This document shows positions 1-10,324 of a stretch of DNA of 32,000 bases, in pieces. This stretch comes from Limnohabitans sp. Rim8. GTDB taxonomy: Bacteria > Pseudomonadota > Gammaproteobacteria > Burkholderiales > Burkholderiaceae_C. Each line of letters opens with the position of its first letter. The first letter of the stretch is position 1. A model generated the notes under the pieces. The model ran no database searches, was not told where the DNA came from, and saw nothing but the letters and a program-made list of their open reading frames with translations. The DNA lies in the NCBI RefSeq assembly GCF_945901045.1, contig NZ_CAMDKK010000014.1; one strand, written 5' to 3'. Made by a program: the position numbers and the translations under genes.

Positions 1-620
1 GCCAGCTGCCCGCCTATGGCCTGATTGTCAAAGGTGTGGAAGGGGCTGACCGCGTCGACTACGAATGGGCCAACTGGCCCATGGCGAAAAAGGTGGAGAC
101 CGCCAAGGCTCTGATGGCGCAGGCGGGCGTGAAACCGGGTGCCAAGTTCACCTTCTCCTACAACACCAGCGAGTACCACAAAAAGATGGCCATCTTTGCA
201 GCCTCTGAATGGAAGACTAAACTTGGACTGGCGGTGGAGCTCGAGGCCATGGAGTTCAAAGTCCTCATCAAAAAACGCCATGATGGACAATTTGAAATGG
301 CGCGTGACGGATGGAACGCCGACTACAACGATGCGACCACATTCGTAGCCTTGGTCAAGTGCGACTCTGACCAAAATCACAGTCGGCATTGCAACAAAGA
401 TGCGGAACAGCTGATCCAAAAGGGCTTGAAAGAAAGTGATGAGGCCAAGCGCAAAACAGCCTTGAACGAGGCCATCCGCTTGATCATGAACGACTACCCG
501 ATCATTCCGCTGCTGCAATACTCCCTGCCCAGACTGGTCAAGTCGTATGTGGGTGGTTACAGCACCGACAACCAGATGGACCGGTTCCGCACGCAGGACC
601 TGTACATCGTCAAGCACTGA
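1..620 (+). CDS. Peptide/oligopeptide ABC transporter substrate-binding protein (family 5), C-terminal part; the 5' end lies outside the window
   Basis: The reading frame of ORF 36..620 stays open back to the window start. The C-terminal sequence (..DGWNADYNDATTF.., ..YPIIPLLQY..) is typical of OppA/DppA-type binding proteins. Cognate permease and ATPase genes follow directly. Confidence 0.8.
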   Translation, partial: QLPAYGLIVKGVEGADRVDYEWANWPMAKKVETAKALMAQAGVKPGAKFTFSYNTSEYHKKMAIFAASEWKTKLGLAVELEAMEFKVLIKKRHDGQFEMARDGWNADYNDATTFVALVKCDSDQNHSRHCNKDAEQLIQKGLKESDEAKRKTALNEAIRLIMNDYPIIPLLQYSLPRLVKSYVGGYSTDNQMDRFRTQDLYIVKH

Positions 621-670
621 GTGTGATGATGTTTTCAATCCTTGGGGTCTGACGGATAAACTCAGGCTTC

Positions 671-1591
671 ATGCTCGCATACACCTTTCGCCGCCTGCTC
701 ATCACCATCCCCACCTTGCTGGTGGTGATCGGGGTTGTTTACATCCTGCTGTTTTCTGCTCCCGGTGGCCCCTTCGACTCCGAACGGGTCGTACCCGAAG
801 CAATTCAGGCTCAATTGATGAGCAAGTACCACTTGGATCAGCCCTATTGGAAGCAATACCTGCTTTACATCTGGCAATTGCTGCAAGGCGACCTGGGCGT
901 GTCTTACCGCTATGCCGACTGGTCCGTCAATGAGCTGGTGGGCAGTGCCCTGCCGGTGTCACTGGCTATTGGCGGCCTGGCCATTGCACTGTCTTTGGTC
1001 ATCGGCGTATTGCTGGGGGCGCTGGCAGCGCTGTACCGCAACTCCTTTGTGGATTACTTCGTGATGGCGTTGGGCAGCTTGGGCAGCGTGGTGCCTTCTT
1101 TTGTACTGGGGCCGCTGTTGGTGCTGGCTTTTGCGATTGGCTTGCAGTGGCTGCCTTCGGGTGGTTGGGACCATTTCTCATGGAAATTCATGGTGCTGCC
1201 CGTCAGCCTGCTGACCTTGATCAATGTCTCAACCTTGGCCCGCATCATGCGCGCCAGCATGGTCGAGGTGATGAACAGCAACTACATCCGCACAGCCCGG
1301 GCCAAAGGCCTGCCTATGCACCTGATCGTGTTCAGGCACGCTTTGCGCCCTTCTCTGCTTCCGGTGGTCACCATCGTAGGGCCTCTGGCCGTGTCTTCCA
1401 TCACATCGGCCTTGGTCACTGAAAGTATTTTTTCAATACCCGGCTTGGGTATTTTGGTGGTCAATGGAGCCGCCAACCGTGATTACACGCTGGTGCTGGG
1501 CCTGGTGGTGTTGATCACCACGATGGTCGTGCTGGTCAATTTATGTGTGGACCTGATGTATGCCTTCCTTGACCCCCGCAGCAGAGCCTGA
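671..1591 (+). CDS. oppB: Oligopeptide/dipeptide ABC transporter permease (OppB/DppB-like)
   Basis: 306 aa. N-terminus MLAYTFRRLLITIPTLLVVIGVVYILLF is the classic OppB/DppB start. It has multiple TM segments and sits second in an oppABCDF-like operon. Confidence 0.85.
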   Translation: MLAYTFRRLLITIPTLLVVIGVVYILLFSAPGGPFDSERVVPEAIQAQLMSKYHLDQPYWKQYLLYIWQLLQGDLGVSYRYADWSVNELVGSALPVSLAIGGLAIALSLVIGVLLGALAALYRNSFVDYFVMALGSLGSVVPSFVLGPLLVLAFAIGLQWLPSGGWDHFSWKFMVLPVSLLTLINVSTLARIMRASMVEVMNSNYIRTARAKGLPMHLIVFRHALRPSLLPVVTIVGPLAVSSITSALVTESIFSIPGLGILVVNGAANRDYTLVLGLVVLITTMVVLVNLCVDLMYAFLDPRSRA

Positions 1592-2435
1592 GCGCAGCCC
1601 ATGGCGTGATGCTCTGCTGCGCTTTCGCCGCAACAAGGCGGCCGTCACCAGCCTGGTGTTTTTGGTCTGTGTGACTGCCTTGTGTGTCATCGGCCCGTGG
1701 CTGCTGCCTCATGCATACGACAGTACCGACTGGGACGCACTCAAGCTTGCGCCTTCGTTGACCAACAGCCACTGGTGGGGCACCGATGAATCAGGACGCG
1801 ACCTGTTGGTGCGTTGCCTCATGGGTGGGCGTATTTCGCTCATGGTGGGCATACTGACCACACTGACATCCATTGCTCTGGGGGTGGTGTGGGGTGCCAC
1901 AGCAGGCTATCTGGGCGGGGTGGTCGATCAGGTGATGATGCGCATCGTGGACATCATGTACGCCGTGCCTTATCTGTTGATTGCCATTTTGCTGGTCACC
2001 GTGTTGGGCCGAGACTTTTACCTCGTGGTGCTGGCCATCACGGCTTTTTCATGGATGGACACCGCGCGGCTGGTGCGGGGCCAAACCCTGTCTCTGCGCA
2101 AGATGGAGTTTGTGGAGGCCGCACGCGCCATGGGCGTCACAAAGCCGCGCATCGTGTTCGAACACATTGTGCCCAACCTCATGGGTCTGGTGCTGGTGTA
2201 CGCCACCGTGACCGTGCCCAGCGTGATCCTGACCGAATCGGTACTGTCCTTTTTGGGCTTGGGCATTCAAGAGCCCATGACCAGTTGGGGCGTGTTGATC
2301 CATGACGGTGCCCAGATGCTCGACTCGGCAGCGTGGTTGCTCATCTTGCCCGCGCTGATGCTGTCGCTAACGCTCTACAGCTTCAACTACCTGGGCGATG
2401 GCTTGCGCGACGCGCTGGACCCGAAGGACCGCTGA
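1560..2435 (+). CDS. oppC: Oligopeptide/dipeptide ABC transporter permease (OppC/DppC-like)
   Basis: 291 aa. N-terminal ..SPWRDALLRFRRNKAAVTSLVFL.. is typical of OppC. It overlaps the upstream gene by 32 nt, and there is no later in-frame ATG before the first TM segment. Confidence 0.85.
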   Translation: MPSLTPAAEPERSPWRDALLRFRRNKAAVTSLVFLVCVTALCVIGPWLLPHAYDSTDWDALKLAPSLTNSHWWGTDESGRDLLVRCLMGGRISLMVGILTTLTSIALGVVWGATAGYLGGVVDQVMMRIVDIMYAVPYLLIAILLVTVLGRDFYLVVLAITAFSWMDTARLVRGQTLSLRKMEFVEAARAMGVTKPRIVFEHIVPNLMGLVLVYATVTVPSVILTESVLSFLGLGIQEPMTSWGVLIHDGAQMLDSAAWLLILPALMLSLTLYSFNYLGDGLRDALDPKDR

Positions 2436-2436
2436 G

Positions 2437-3420
2437 GTGAGCACACATTCAAGCTTGTTGGAAGTCAAAAACCTGAACGTCCAGTTCCTGACGCCCGAGG
2501 GCGAGTTGCAGGCCGTGCGCGACGTGAGCTTCAGCTTGCGGCAAGGCGAAACACTGGGAGTGGTGGGCGAAAGCGGCTCTGGTAAAAGCCAGACCATGCT
2601 GGCCATGATGGGCCTGCTGGCCAAAAATGCCCGTGCCGAAGGCCAAGTGCTCTTCAAAGGCGACAACCTACTGAACCTGCCCACAGCCCAGCTCAACCGG
2701 GTGCGGGGTCCAAAACTGGCCATGATCTTTCAGGACCCCATGACTTGCCTGAACCCTTTTTTGACGATTGAACGGCAAATGACCGAGGTGCTTGAAACCC
2801 ACCAAAACGCCTCGCGTGGTCAGGCGCGTGCAGCAGCGCAGAAGATGCTGGAAAAACTGCGTATTGCCGATCCGCTGCGTTGCTTAAAAAGCTATCCACA
2901 CCAGTTTTCAGGCGGCATGCGCCAGCGCATCATGATTGCCATGGCCTTACTGAGTCAGCCTGATGTGTTGATTGCCGATGAACCCACCACCGCGCTGGAC
3001 GTGACGGTGCAAGCGCAAATCGTGGCACTGCTGCGCCAGTTGCAGCAAGAGCACGGCACCAGCATCATCATGGTCACGCACGACCTCGGCCTGGTCGCAG
3101 GCCTGAGCGATCAGGTGATGGTGATGTACGGCGGCCGGGTCATGGAGCATGCGCAGGCCGACGACATTTTCTACCACACCCGTCACCCTTACACGCGCGC
3201 TTTGCTGGAGTCGGTCCCGCGGCTTGAGCATGCTGATGATGCCTTGCTTGCGATTCCTGGCATGCCGCCCTCCTTGCGAAATATGCCAGTGGGCTGCCCC
3301 TTTGCACCGCGCTGCGCCCGCGCTGACAGCGACTGCCAGCGCCCGGCCCCGTTGAGTCTTGTGAACGAAGGCGCGGCACAACACTGGGTTGCCTGCCACC
3401 ACACAGGCGCCCAAGCATGA
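2437..3420 (+). CDS. oppD: Oligopeptide ABC transporter ATP-binding protein (OppD-like)
   Basis: Walker A GESGSGKS, signature FSGGMRQR, Walker [12 protein letters not shown], and a C-terminal oligopeptide-type extension with Cys residues. I place the start at GTG 2437, one base after the oppC stop codon (2433-2435); the track start at 2398 would overlap oppC. Confidence 0.9.
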   Translation: MSTHSSLLEVKNLNVQFLTPEGELQAVRDVSFSLRQGETLGVVGESGSGKSQTMLAMMGLLAKNARAEGQVLFKGDNLLNLPTAQLNRVRGPKLAMIFQDPMTCLNPFLTIERQMTEVLETHQNASRGQARAAAQKMLEKLRIADPLRCLKSYPHQFSGGMRQRIMIAMALLSQPDVLIADEPTTALDVTVQAQIVALLRQLQQEHGTSIIMVTHDLGLVAGLSDQVMVMYGGRVMEHAQADDIFYHTRHPYTRALLESVPRLEHADDALLAIPGMPPSLRNMPVGCPFAPRCARADSDCQRPAPLSLVNEGAAQHWVACHHTGAQA

Positions 3421-4466
3421 CCCCGTCGGCAGCAACACCCCCAAGCCAACAGCCCCTGCTGCAGGTGCGTGATCTGCGGGTGCGCTACCCCGTGAATGAC
3501 AGCCCAGGTTTTTGGCCCAAAACCCGCCAACTCGAAGCCGTCAAGGGCATCGGCTTTGACCTCTATTCGGGAGAAACTTTGGGTATTGTCGGCGAGTCCG
3601 GCTGTGGCAAGTCGAGTCTGGCCAAGGCCTTGATGGGCTTGATCCCAAGTCAATCGAGCCTATTGAAATGGTTCGATCAGGACCTGACGCACACCCCAAT
3701 CGGTCGCTGGGGCGCGGTCAGGCGCGATGTGCAAATGGTGTTTCAGGACCCTTTGTCCAGCCTGGACCCGCGCCTGAATGTGCTGAAAATCATCTCCGAA
3801 CCTTTGCGCACCCATGAGCCGGGTCTGTCTGCCGAGCAACGCAAGGCGGCAGTTATGGAGACGCTGATGAAAGTGGGCCTCGAAGAAAGCTTGCTGTACC
3901 GCTACCCGCACGAACTGTCGGGTGGTCAATGCCAGCGCATCGGCATTGCCCGCGCCATCATCCTTAAGCCCAAAGTAATTTTGTGCGATGAACCTGTGTC
4001 AGCGCTCGACGTGTCCATCCAGGCCCAGATTAGTCAGCTGCTGCGACAGTTGCAGCGCGAGATGAATCTGACGCTGGTGTTCATTTCACACGACCTGGCG
4101 GTGGTCAAACACATCAGCCACCGCGTGATGGTGATGTACCTGGGCACCATGATGGAGCTGGGGCACAAAGACAAACTGTTCAAGCAGCCCGCCCACCCCT
4201 ACACGCAAGCCCTGCTGGATGCCGTGCCCAAAGCAGACCCCAGAAAAGAACGTCACAAGTCATATTCATTGCTCTCAGGCGACATCCCTTCGCCACTGGA
4301 CCCGCCTAAGGGCTGCGTGTTCCATACCCGTTGCACTCGAGCTGATGCGCAATGCGCTCTTCAAGAGCCAAGCTTCAAAGACAGTGAAAGCAGCAGTTAC
4401 GCTTGCTGGCACCCGCTGCTAAATGCATCGAAAAGCCCCGCCTCCACACACTGGAGCGGGGCTTGA
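3417..4466 (+). CDS. oppF: Oligopeptide ABC transporter ATP-binding protein (OppF-like)
   Basis: Walker A GESGCGKS, signature LSGGQCQR, Walker B ILCDEPVSALD. An ATGA start/stop overlap with oppD (3417-3420) suggests translational coupling. Confidence 0.9.
   Translation: MTPSAATPPSQQPLLQVRDLRVRYPVNDSPGFWPKTRQLEAVKGIGFDLYSGETLGIVGESGCGKSSLAKALMGLIPSQSSLLKWFDQDLTHTPIGRWGAVRRDVQMVFQDPLSSLDPRLNVLKIISEPLRTHEPGLSAEQRKAAVMETLMKVGLEESLLYRYPHELSGGQCQRIGIARAIILKPKVILCDEPVSALDVSIQAQISQLLRQLQREMNLTLVFISHDLAVVKHISHRVMVMYLGTMMELGHKDKLFKQPAHPYTQALLDAVPKADPRKERHKSYSLLSGDIPSPLDPPKGCVFHTRCTRADAQCALQEPSFKDSESSSYACWHPLLNASKSPASTHWSGA
4431..4464 (-). terminator. Rho-independent terminator for the minus-strand binding-protein gene, embedded in the last codons of oppF
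   Basis: A 9-bp GC-rich stem AAGCCCCGC (4433-4441) pairs with GCGGGGCTT (4456-4464) around a 14-nt loop. On the minus strand the hairpin is followed by TTTT (complement of 4431-4434). Confidence 0.55.
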
Positions 4467-4483
4467 TTCAGGGCATATCCAAA

Positions 4484-5623
4484 TCAGCGCACGACGGCAA
4501 TCTGATCACGCTTACCCGCTTTGTATGTGAACAAAGTCAGCGCGCCGTTCTTGATGTCGCCTTTGTTGTCAAAGGTGATGGTACCCGTCACACCCTTGTA
4601 GCCGCTGGTCTTGGCCAATTCGGGCAAGTACTTGGCTGGCTCGCTTGATTTGGCGCGCACCATGGCATCGACCATGACATTGACGGCGTCATACACATAA
4701 GGCGCATAGACCTGAACATCGGCATTGAAACGGGTCTTGTAACGGCCGGTGAAGTCTTCCATGCCTTTTTTCTGTTGGCCTTCAACACCGCCGGCTTCCG
4801 CGCAAATCACTTGACCGTCGGCCATGGCGTCACCCGCCAGTTTGGCTAACTCGGCGGTGCAAATACCATCACCGCCCATGAACTTGGCGTTGATACCCAA
4901 GGATTTCATTTGGCGGATCATGGGGCCGGCCACAGCGTCCATACCACCAAAGAACACGACATCAGGTTTTTTGGCCTTGATGGTGGTCAAAATGGACATA
5001 AAGTCAGAAGCTTTATCTGTTGTGAACTCGTGGCCCACCAGTTTGCCGCCGGCTGCTTTGACTGCTTTTTCAAACTCTTCAGCCACGCCCTGTCCGTAGG
5101 CGGTGCGGTCATCGATCACGGCAATAGATTTACCTTTGACGTTGTTAACGGCATATCGCCCCAAAGTGCCACCCAAATGGACGTCATCAGCCACCACGCG
5201 GAATGTGGTTTTGTAGCCATTGCGTGTGAATTTAGGATTGGTTGCAGAAGGCGAAATTTGCGGAATACCGGCATCGCTGTAAATTTTGGAGGCAGGTATG
5301 GAAGTGCCTGAATTCAAGTGACCGATCACGCCGCTGACTTTGGAGTCCACCAGCTTTTGTGCCGCGGCAGTGCCTTGTTTGGGGTCTGCTGCATCGTCTT
5401 CGGCCAGCAGTTCGAACTTGACGGCCTTGCCGCCGATCTTGATGCCTTTGGCATTCAACTCATCGATGGCCATGCGGGCACCGTTTTCGTTGTCTTTGCC
5501 CAAATGCGCAATCGCACCGCTCATAGGGGCTACGTGGCCAATTTTGATCACTTCTTGGGCAAAGCTTGCACCTGCTGCCAAGGTTAATGCTGCAACCGCA
5601 GTTGCTTTGAATTTCATTTGCAT
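4484..5623 (-). CDS. Branched-chain amino acid (Leu/Ile/Val) ABC transporter substrate-binding protein, LivJ/LivK family
   Basis: 379 aa with signal peptide MQMKFKATAVAALTLAAGASFAQ. The mature start EVIKIGHVAPMSGAIAHLGKD is typical of type-I periplasmic LIV-binding proteins. GGAGAA RBS upstream. No cognate permease genes are nearby. Confidence 0.85.
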   Translation of the reverse strand: MQMKFKATAVAALTLAAGASFAQEVIKIGHVAPMSGAIAHLGKDNENGARMAIDELNAKGIKIGGKAVKFELLAEDDAADPKQGTAAAQKLVDSKVSGVIGHLNSGTSIPASKIYSDAGIPQISPSATNPKFTRNGYKTTFRVVADDVHLGGTLGRYAVNNVKGKSIAVIDDRTAYGQGVAEEFEKAVKAAGGKLVGHEFTTDKASDFMSILTTIKAKKPDVVFFGGMDAVAGPMIRQMKSLGINAKFMGGDGICTAELAKLAGDAMADGQVICAEAGGVEGQQKKGMEDFTGRYKTRFNADVQVYAPYVYDAVNVMVDAMVRAKSSEPAKYLPELAKTSGYKGVTGTITFDNKGDIKNGALTLFTYKAGKRDQIAVVR

Positions 5624-5711
5624 AAGTTCTCCAAAAAAAAGTGAGCTTCAATTAAAACAAAAAATAACGATACCGCAAATTCTGGGGCTTCAGTTTTTTT
5701 ATTTGGCATCT

Positions 5712-6140
5712 TCAATTAGATTTCAAATTCAGATCGCGACGTTGCAAGGTATAGCCCAACGCCGTGTATTGTTTCCATCGGACTCGGGCTTGCAATCGAT
5801 CAGCGGGGTCATCGCTGACGACCTCAATCAAGCGCTCAAAATCTTCAAATCCTTCGGGCAAGTCAGGCCCCAGGTTCACAGCTGTTTTAACACCGGAAAC
5901 AGCCTCTAACCGGGAGGCCAAGATAACCGAAGAATGCGGGCGCAAGTGAGCTTCACTGGCCTGACAATGCGAGACAAAATCATGCGGCGCAACAGACCAC
6001 AGTGACACATCGAGGTGTTTCAAAACATCTTCTTGCCCCACCACAAAGAGCCTTTGATTTTGCGATGTTCCTTTTCGCAGTAACCGGCAGGTATAGGCTA
6101 ATTTGTCGGGCGCGTTGAAATGAAATTCAATGTGCGTCAT
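5712..6140 (-). CDS. holC: DNA polymerase III subunit chi
   Basis: About 142 aa, starting MTHIEFHFNAPDKLAYTCRLLRK.., directly downstream of pepA (the conserved pepA-holC arrangement). ATG at 6140 is preferred over the TTG at 6149 used by the track. Confidence 0.75.
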   Translation of the reverse strand: MTHIEFHFNAPDKLAYTCRLLRKGTSQNQRLFVVGQEDVLKHLDVSLWSVAPHDFVSHCQASEAHLRPHSSVILASRLEAVSGVKTAVNLGPDLPEGFEDFERLIEVVSDDPADRLQARVRWKQYTALGYTLQRRDLNLKSN

Positions 6141-6145
6141 GACAG

Positions 6146-7642
6146 TCAATCAGCATCTGATTTAACCTTGCGAGAAGAGGGGCTTACTTCATTTTGATGC
6201 GCTGATTCATGTGACAACAGGTAGTGCATCAACAAGCCAACAGGCCGTCCGGTGGCCCCTTTGGCAGCGCCACCCTTCCAGGCTGTACCGGCAATGTCCA
6301 GGTGAGCCCAAGCAAAGGCTTTGGCAAACCGCTGTAAAAATTTGGCGGCTGTAACGGCACCGCCTGCACGTCCACCCACATTGGCCACATCGGCAAAATT
6401 GCTTTTCAAGGCATCTGCATAATCCTCGTCCAAAGGCATGCGCCAGCACAGGTCCATGGCCTGATCTCCGGCTTTTTCTAGGGCGTGCGCCAATCCGTCG
6501 TCTGTGGCAAAAAGACCCGATCGGACGGCACCCAAAGCCACCACGCAGGCGCCTGTGAGGGTTGCGATATCAATCACCGCTTTGGGTTTAAAGCGTTCTG
6601 CGTAAGTTAAGGCATCACACAAAACCAAACGGCCTTCGGCATCGGTGTTCAAAATTTCAATGGTCTGACCACTCATGCTGGTCACCACATCGCCCGGTTT
6701 AACCGCTAAACCGTCGGGCATGTTCTCGCAAGCAGGGATCAAGCCCACCACATTGATGGCGGGTTTAAGCAGGCTAAGGGACTTGAAGACCCCCAGAACA
6801 CTGGCGGCCCCGCTCATGTCGAATTTCATTTCATCCATCTCAGCGGCGGGTTTGATGGAAATACCCCCCGTATCGAAAGTGATTCCTTTACCCACCAGCA
6901 CGACAGGTGCTTGGGTTTTGGCTGCGCCTTGGTACTTCATGACAATGAACCGGAGCGGTTCGCGAGATCCTTTGGCGACCGACATGAATGACCCCATGCC
7001 CAGTTTATCGACCTCTTTAGGGCCCAGTACCTCACAAGAAAACTTGGCTGCTTTGCTCAACGCCTTGGCGGCCTCGCCCAGCAACGTAGGGGTGGCATGG
7101 TTGGCGGGTCGATTGGCCCACTCCTTGGCCACTTCGATACCCATCGCCATTGCCGTTGCGATGTCAAAGGTTTTTTGCACCACAGGGCTCAAGTTCGGCA
7201 CGCCCAATTTCAGGAGGGAAAGTGATCTGCCCACCGGCTTGGACTGTGTTGTGGTGTACACATAACTGGCCTCGGCCACCGTCAAAATCGCGGCTTGCAC
7301 AGCAGGCGTTTGGGGGGCGCTCGCAAACACCACTGTTAATTTTTTGGACTGTGCAGATTTAATGGCGGGCATGACCGCTGAGAGGGTGGTTTTGACTTGT
7401 ACTGGCGTGCCTTGTGCGCAACCCACAAGCCAGATTTTGGGTGAATGGATACCAGGCACGCGGTAGGCGGCCAGAATTTTTCCGGCTTTGAGTTCTAAAT
7501 CTTTGGCCTCTAGGGCATGGGCAATCAGCAAAGACAGGGCATCTTTGCCAGCCAGAAAACCCTCAGAAACGAGGACAATCAGTGCATCAGATTTGTCTTG
7601 GCAAGCGCCTGCGAGAGTCAGTGGGGTAATTTCGAAGTTCAT
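6146..7642 (-). CDS. pepA: Leucyl aminopeptidase (M17 family)
   Basis: 498 aa. M17 catalytic-domain motifs are present: [16 protein letters not shown] and [14 protein letters not shown]. Confidence 0.95.
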   Translation of the reverse strand: MNFEITPLTLAGACQDKSDALIVLVSEGFLAGKDALSLLIAHALEAKDLELKAGKILAAYRVPGIHSPKIWLVGCAQGTPVQVKTTLSAVMPAIKSAQSKKLTVVFASAPQTPAVQAAILTVAEASYVYTTTQSKPVGRSLSLLKLGVPNLSPVVQKTFDIATAMAMGIEVAKEWANRPANHATPTLLGEAAKALSKAAKFSCEVLGPKEVDKLGMGSFMSVAKGSREPLRFIVMKYQGAAKTQAPVVLVGKGITFDTGGISIKPAAEMDEMKFDMSGAASVLGVFKSLSLLKPAINVVGLIPACENMPDGLAVKPGDVVTSMSGQTIEILNTDAEGRLVLCDALTYAERFKPKAVIDIATLTGACVVALGAVRSGLFATDDGLAHALEKAGDQAMDLCWRMPLDEDYADALKSNFADVANVGGRAGGAVTAAKFLQRFAKAFAWAHLDIAGTAWKGGAAKGATGRPVGLLMHYLLSHESAHQNEVSPSSRKVKSDAD

Positions 7643-7666
7643 AATGGATTCTTTTTCAATCCCTCA

Positions 7667-8773
7667 ATGTTATTCCATTCCGCTCTTCGTAAGGATTTAT
7701 CCCGCAGTTTTGGTGCTACGGTGGTGGTTTTGTCCACCATTGTGATGACCAATGTGCTGATCCGTACACTGGGTGATGCCAATGCAGGCGGCGTCAACCC
7801 TTCTGAAATCATGCTGGTGATGGGGTTCACGGTTTTAGGTCATTTGAACTCCATTCTGACCTTAAGTTTGTTCATTTCTATCGTTTCAACGTTGTCGCGT
7901 ATGTATGCCGACAGTGAAATGGTGATCTGGTTCTCTAGCGGGCGCGGCCTGGCCTCTTTCGCACCGACCATTTTTCGATTTGCATGGCCTATTTTGCTGA
8001 CCATTGCCACACTGGCTTTATTGCTTTGGCCTTGGAGCAATCGGCAGGCTCAAGACCTGAGTGATCGCTACCAGCAACGCAACGACATTGAGCGCATTGC
8101 GCCCGGTCAATTTCAAGAGTCTGCTGGAGGTAAACGCGTCTTTTTCATCGACAAAGAAACCCCTGACAACAAAACAGGCACAAATGTTTTTGTCTCCAGC
8201 ATTGAAGGCGATATTGAAAGCATCACTTCAGCCCGACAAGGCAAGATTGAAATACAAAACGACGAACGCATTTTGAACTTGAAATTCGGTCAACAAGTAT
8301 TGCGTAATACCCGCACAGGCGAAGTCAGAGTGATTGAATTCAATGACTACAGCGTTGTGATTGATCCCGACGTCAAAACCAACTCGGCCAATGCGCCCGG
8401 CATGACGTCAACACTGGACTTGATTCTCAACCCAAGCCCTCGCCACATGGGCGAGTTGGCTTGGCGCTTGGGTTTGGGACTTTCAGCAGTCAATTTGATG
8501 CTGCTGGCTTTGGCTTTGTCCACTGCCAATCCACGCGTGGGCCGGAGCTATCACACGGCATTGGCTTTGCTTATTTTCGTGGTTTACTACAACATGATCA
8601 ACGTGGGCCAAAGCTGGATCGGATCGGGTAAGGTCAGTTTTACCGGGTTTTTACTGGGCTTGCATGGGAGCGTATTTGTGCTGGCATTGCTCTGGATAGC
8701 GGCTCGCCATCTGAATCTCTCATGGCGAAAATTGCTCAGTTTGGGTCGCAAGAAACCAAGGACAGCATCATGA
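7667..8773 (+). CDS. lptF: LPS export ABC transporter permease LptF
   Basis: 368 aa from ATG 7667 (MLFHSALRKDLSRSFGATVVVL..). It has a YjgP/YjgQ-type TM layout with a large periplasmic loop and is divergent from pepA as in many proteobacteria. The track start at 7517 would overlap pepA. Confidence 0.85.
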   Translation: MLFHSALRKDLSRSFGATVVVLSTIVMTNVLIRTLGDANAGGVNPSEIMLVMGFTVLGHLNSILTLSLFISIVSTLSRMYADSEMVIWFSSGRGLASFAPTIFRFAWPILLTIATLALLLWPWSNRQAQDLSDRYQQRNDIERIAPGQFQESAGGKRVFFIDKETPDNKTGTNVFVSSIEGDIESITSARQGKIEIQNDERILNLKFGQQVLRNTRTGEVRVIEFNDYSVVIDPDVKTNSANAPGMTSTLDLILNPSPRHMGELAWRLGLGLSAVNLMLLALALSTANPRVGRSYHTALALLIFVVYYNMINVGQSWIGSGKVSFTGFLLGLHGSVFVLALLWIAARHLNLSWRKLLSLGRKKPRTAS

Positions 8774-9873
8774 AAACCATTCGCAGACTGATCCATGGCG
8801 AAATCATCAGTGCCGTCAGCTTTGTGACGCTTGGATTTTTAGCGCTTTTCATTTTCTTCGACATTGTTGCTCAGTTGCAAACCGTCAGCCGTTCGGCCAT
8901 GACGGGATATCAATTTCACCATGCCCTGCTTTACGTGAGCCTGTTGATACCCGGGCATCTTTACGAGCTGCTCCCCCTGTCGGTGCTGATTGGCAGCATC
9001 TTCGTGATGGCACGTTTTGCCCAAACTTCTGAATTCACAATTTTGAGAACGGGTGGCCTGGGGCCTTGGCGCGCTTTGGGTTCTTTGTTCAAACTGGGCT
9101 TGCTTTTTGTGGCTTTGACTTTTTTTCTGGGTGACTATGTGACACCAGTTGCCAACCGCCATGCGCAATTGCTCAAGGCCAAATTTCAAGGAAACATCAC
9201 CATCGGACAAACGGGGGCCTGGCTCAAAGAGAAACAAAAGGACTTGAACTTTGCCGTCAATGTAGCCGCCTTGAACAGCGATGGCCAATTGGGACAGGTT
9301 CGCATACACGCCTTTGGCCCTGATGGCCGTTTAGCCTATATCGCCACAGCGCCACTGGCCCGCATAGGAGACAACGAATGGGTCATGGAAAATGCCCATA
9401 AACGTGACTACAACATCAACAAGACTCAGCCCGCCAGCATTGAAACGCAGCAGATAGCGCAATGGCATTGGCCGACCGAAATTTCCTCAGAAATGGTCTC
9501 AGCCGCTCTGCTCAGCCCGGACCGGATGCAAACCCTGGATTTGTTCCAATACATGCGCCACTTGACCGCCAATGGCCAAAATGCACAACGTTACGAGATA
9601 GAGTTTTGGCGCAAAGTTTTTTATCCTTTGAGTTGTTTGGTCATGCTCTCTCTGGCATTGCCGTTTGCTTATCTGCACTTTCGGTCCGGTCACATCACGG
9701 GCTACGTGTTTGGTGGGGTCATGGCGGGCATCAGCTTTTATTTGCTCAATAATGTCTTTGGCTTCATGGGCAACCTCAACAACTGGCAACCTTGGTTGAC
9801 CTCCGCGGCTCCGGCATTGATCTACAGCGCTATTTCTCTGACCACATTCTGGTGGCTGGTCTTAAGACAATAA
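8770..9873 (+). CDS. lptG: LPS export ABC transporter permease LptG
   Basis: 367 aa from ATG 8770, with an ATGA overlap with the lptF stop. It starts MKTIRRLIHGEIISAVSFV.. and has YjgP/YjgQ-family topology. Confidence 0.85.
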   Translation: MKTIRRLIHGEIISAVSFVTLGFLALFIFFDIVAQLQTVSRSAMTGYQFHHALLYVSLLIPGHLYELLPLSVLIGSIFVMARFAQTSEFTILRTGGLGPWRALGSLFKLGLLFVALTFFLGDYVTPVANRHAQLLKAKFQGNITIGQTGAWLKEKQKDLNFAVNVAALNSDGQLGQVRIHAFGPDGRLAYIATAPLARIGDNEWVMENAHKRDYNINKTQPASIETQQIAQWHWPTEISSEMVSAALLSPDRMQTLDLFQYMRHLTANGQNAQRYEIEFWRKVFYPLSCLVMLSLALPFAYLHFRSGHITGYVFGGVMAGISFYLLNNVFGFMGNLNNWQPWLTSAAPALIYSAISLTTFWWLVLRQ

Positions 9874-9875
9874 AC

Positions 9876-10259
9876 ATGACCCTGTCCAACAAACATTCAC
9901 TTGGCATCATTTTGTTCGCTCATGGCTCACGCGACCCGTTATGGAAGCGGCCCATTGAAGACGTGGCTGCACGGATTAAGGAACGCAATCCGCAAACACC
10001 GGTAACCTGCGCTTATTTGGAGTTGACGACGCCGGATTTGGCGGACGCGGCAGCCCATATGATCGCCTCCGGCGTTGCGCACATCCGCATCACGCCTCTT
10101 TTTCTGGGTGTGGGGAGGCATGCGCGAGAAGACCTGCCTGGGTTGGTCAGTGATTTGATAATTCGCCATCCATCGGTTCATTTTGAACTTCAGACCGCTG
10201 TTGGAGAAAACCCACAGTTGATCGACCTGATGGCCCAAATCGCTTTGGACTCCCTTTAA
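9876..10259 (+). CDS. cbiX: Small CbiX/SirB-type sirohydrochlorin chelatase
   Basis: 127 aa from ATG 9876 (the track start at 9792 overlaps lptG). The motif ..ILFAHGSRDPLW.. and the ..PLFLGVGRHAREDLP.. pattern are typical of single-domain CbiX. It is adjacent to cysB. Confidence 0.7.
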   Translation: MTLSNKHSLGIILFAHGSRDPLWKRPIEDVAARIKERNPQTPVTCAYLELTTPDLADAAAHMIASGVAHIRITPLFLGVGRHAREDLPGLVSDLIIRHPSVHFELQTAVGENPQLIDLMAQIALDSL

Positions 10260-10324
10260 ATCACTCGACTCTCAATCTTTAGACGCATAAAGCATAATAA
10301 GAAGATTCTTTATAGCGATCTACA

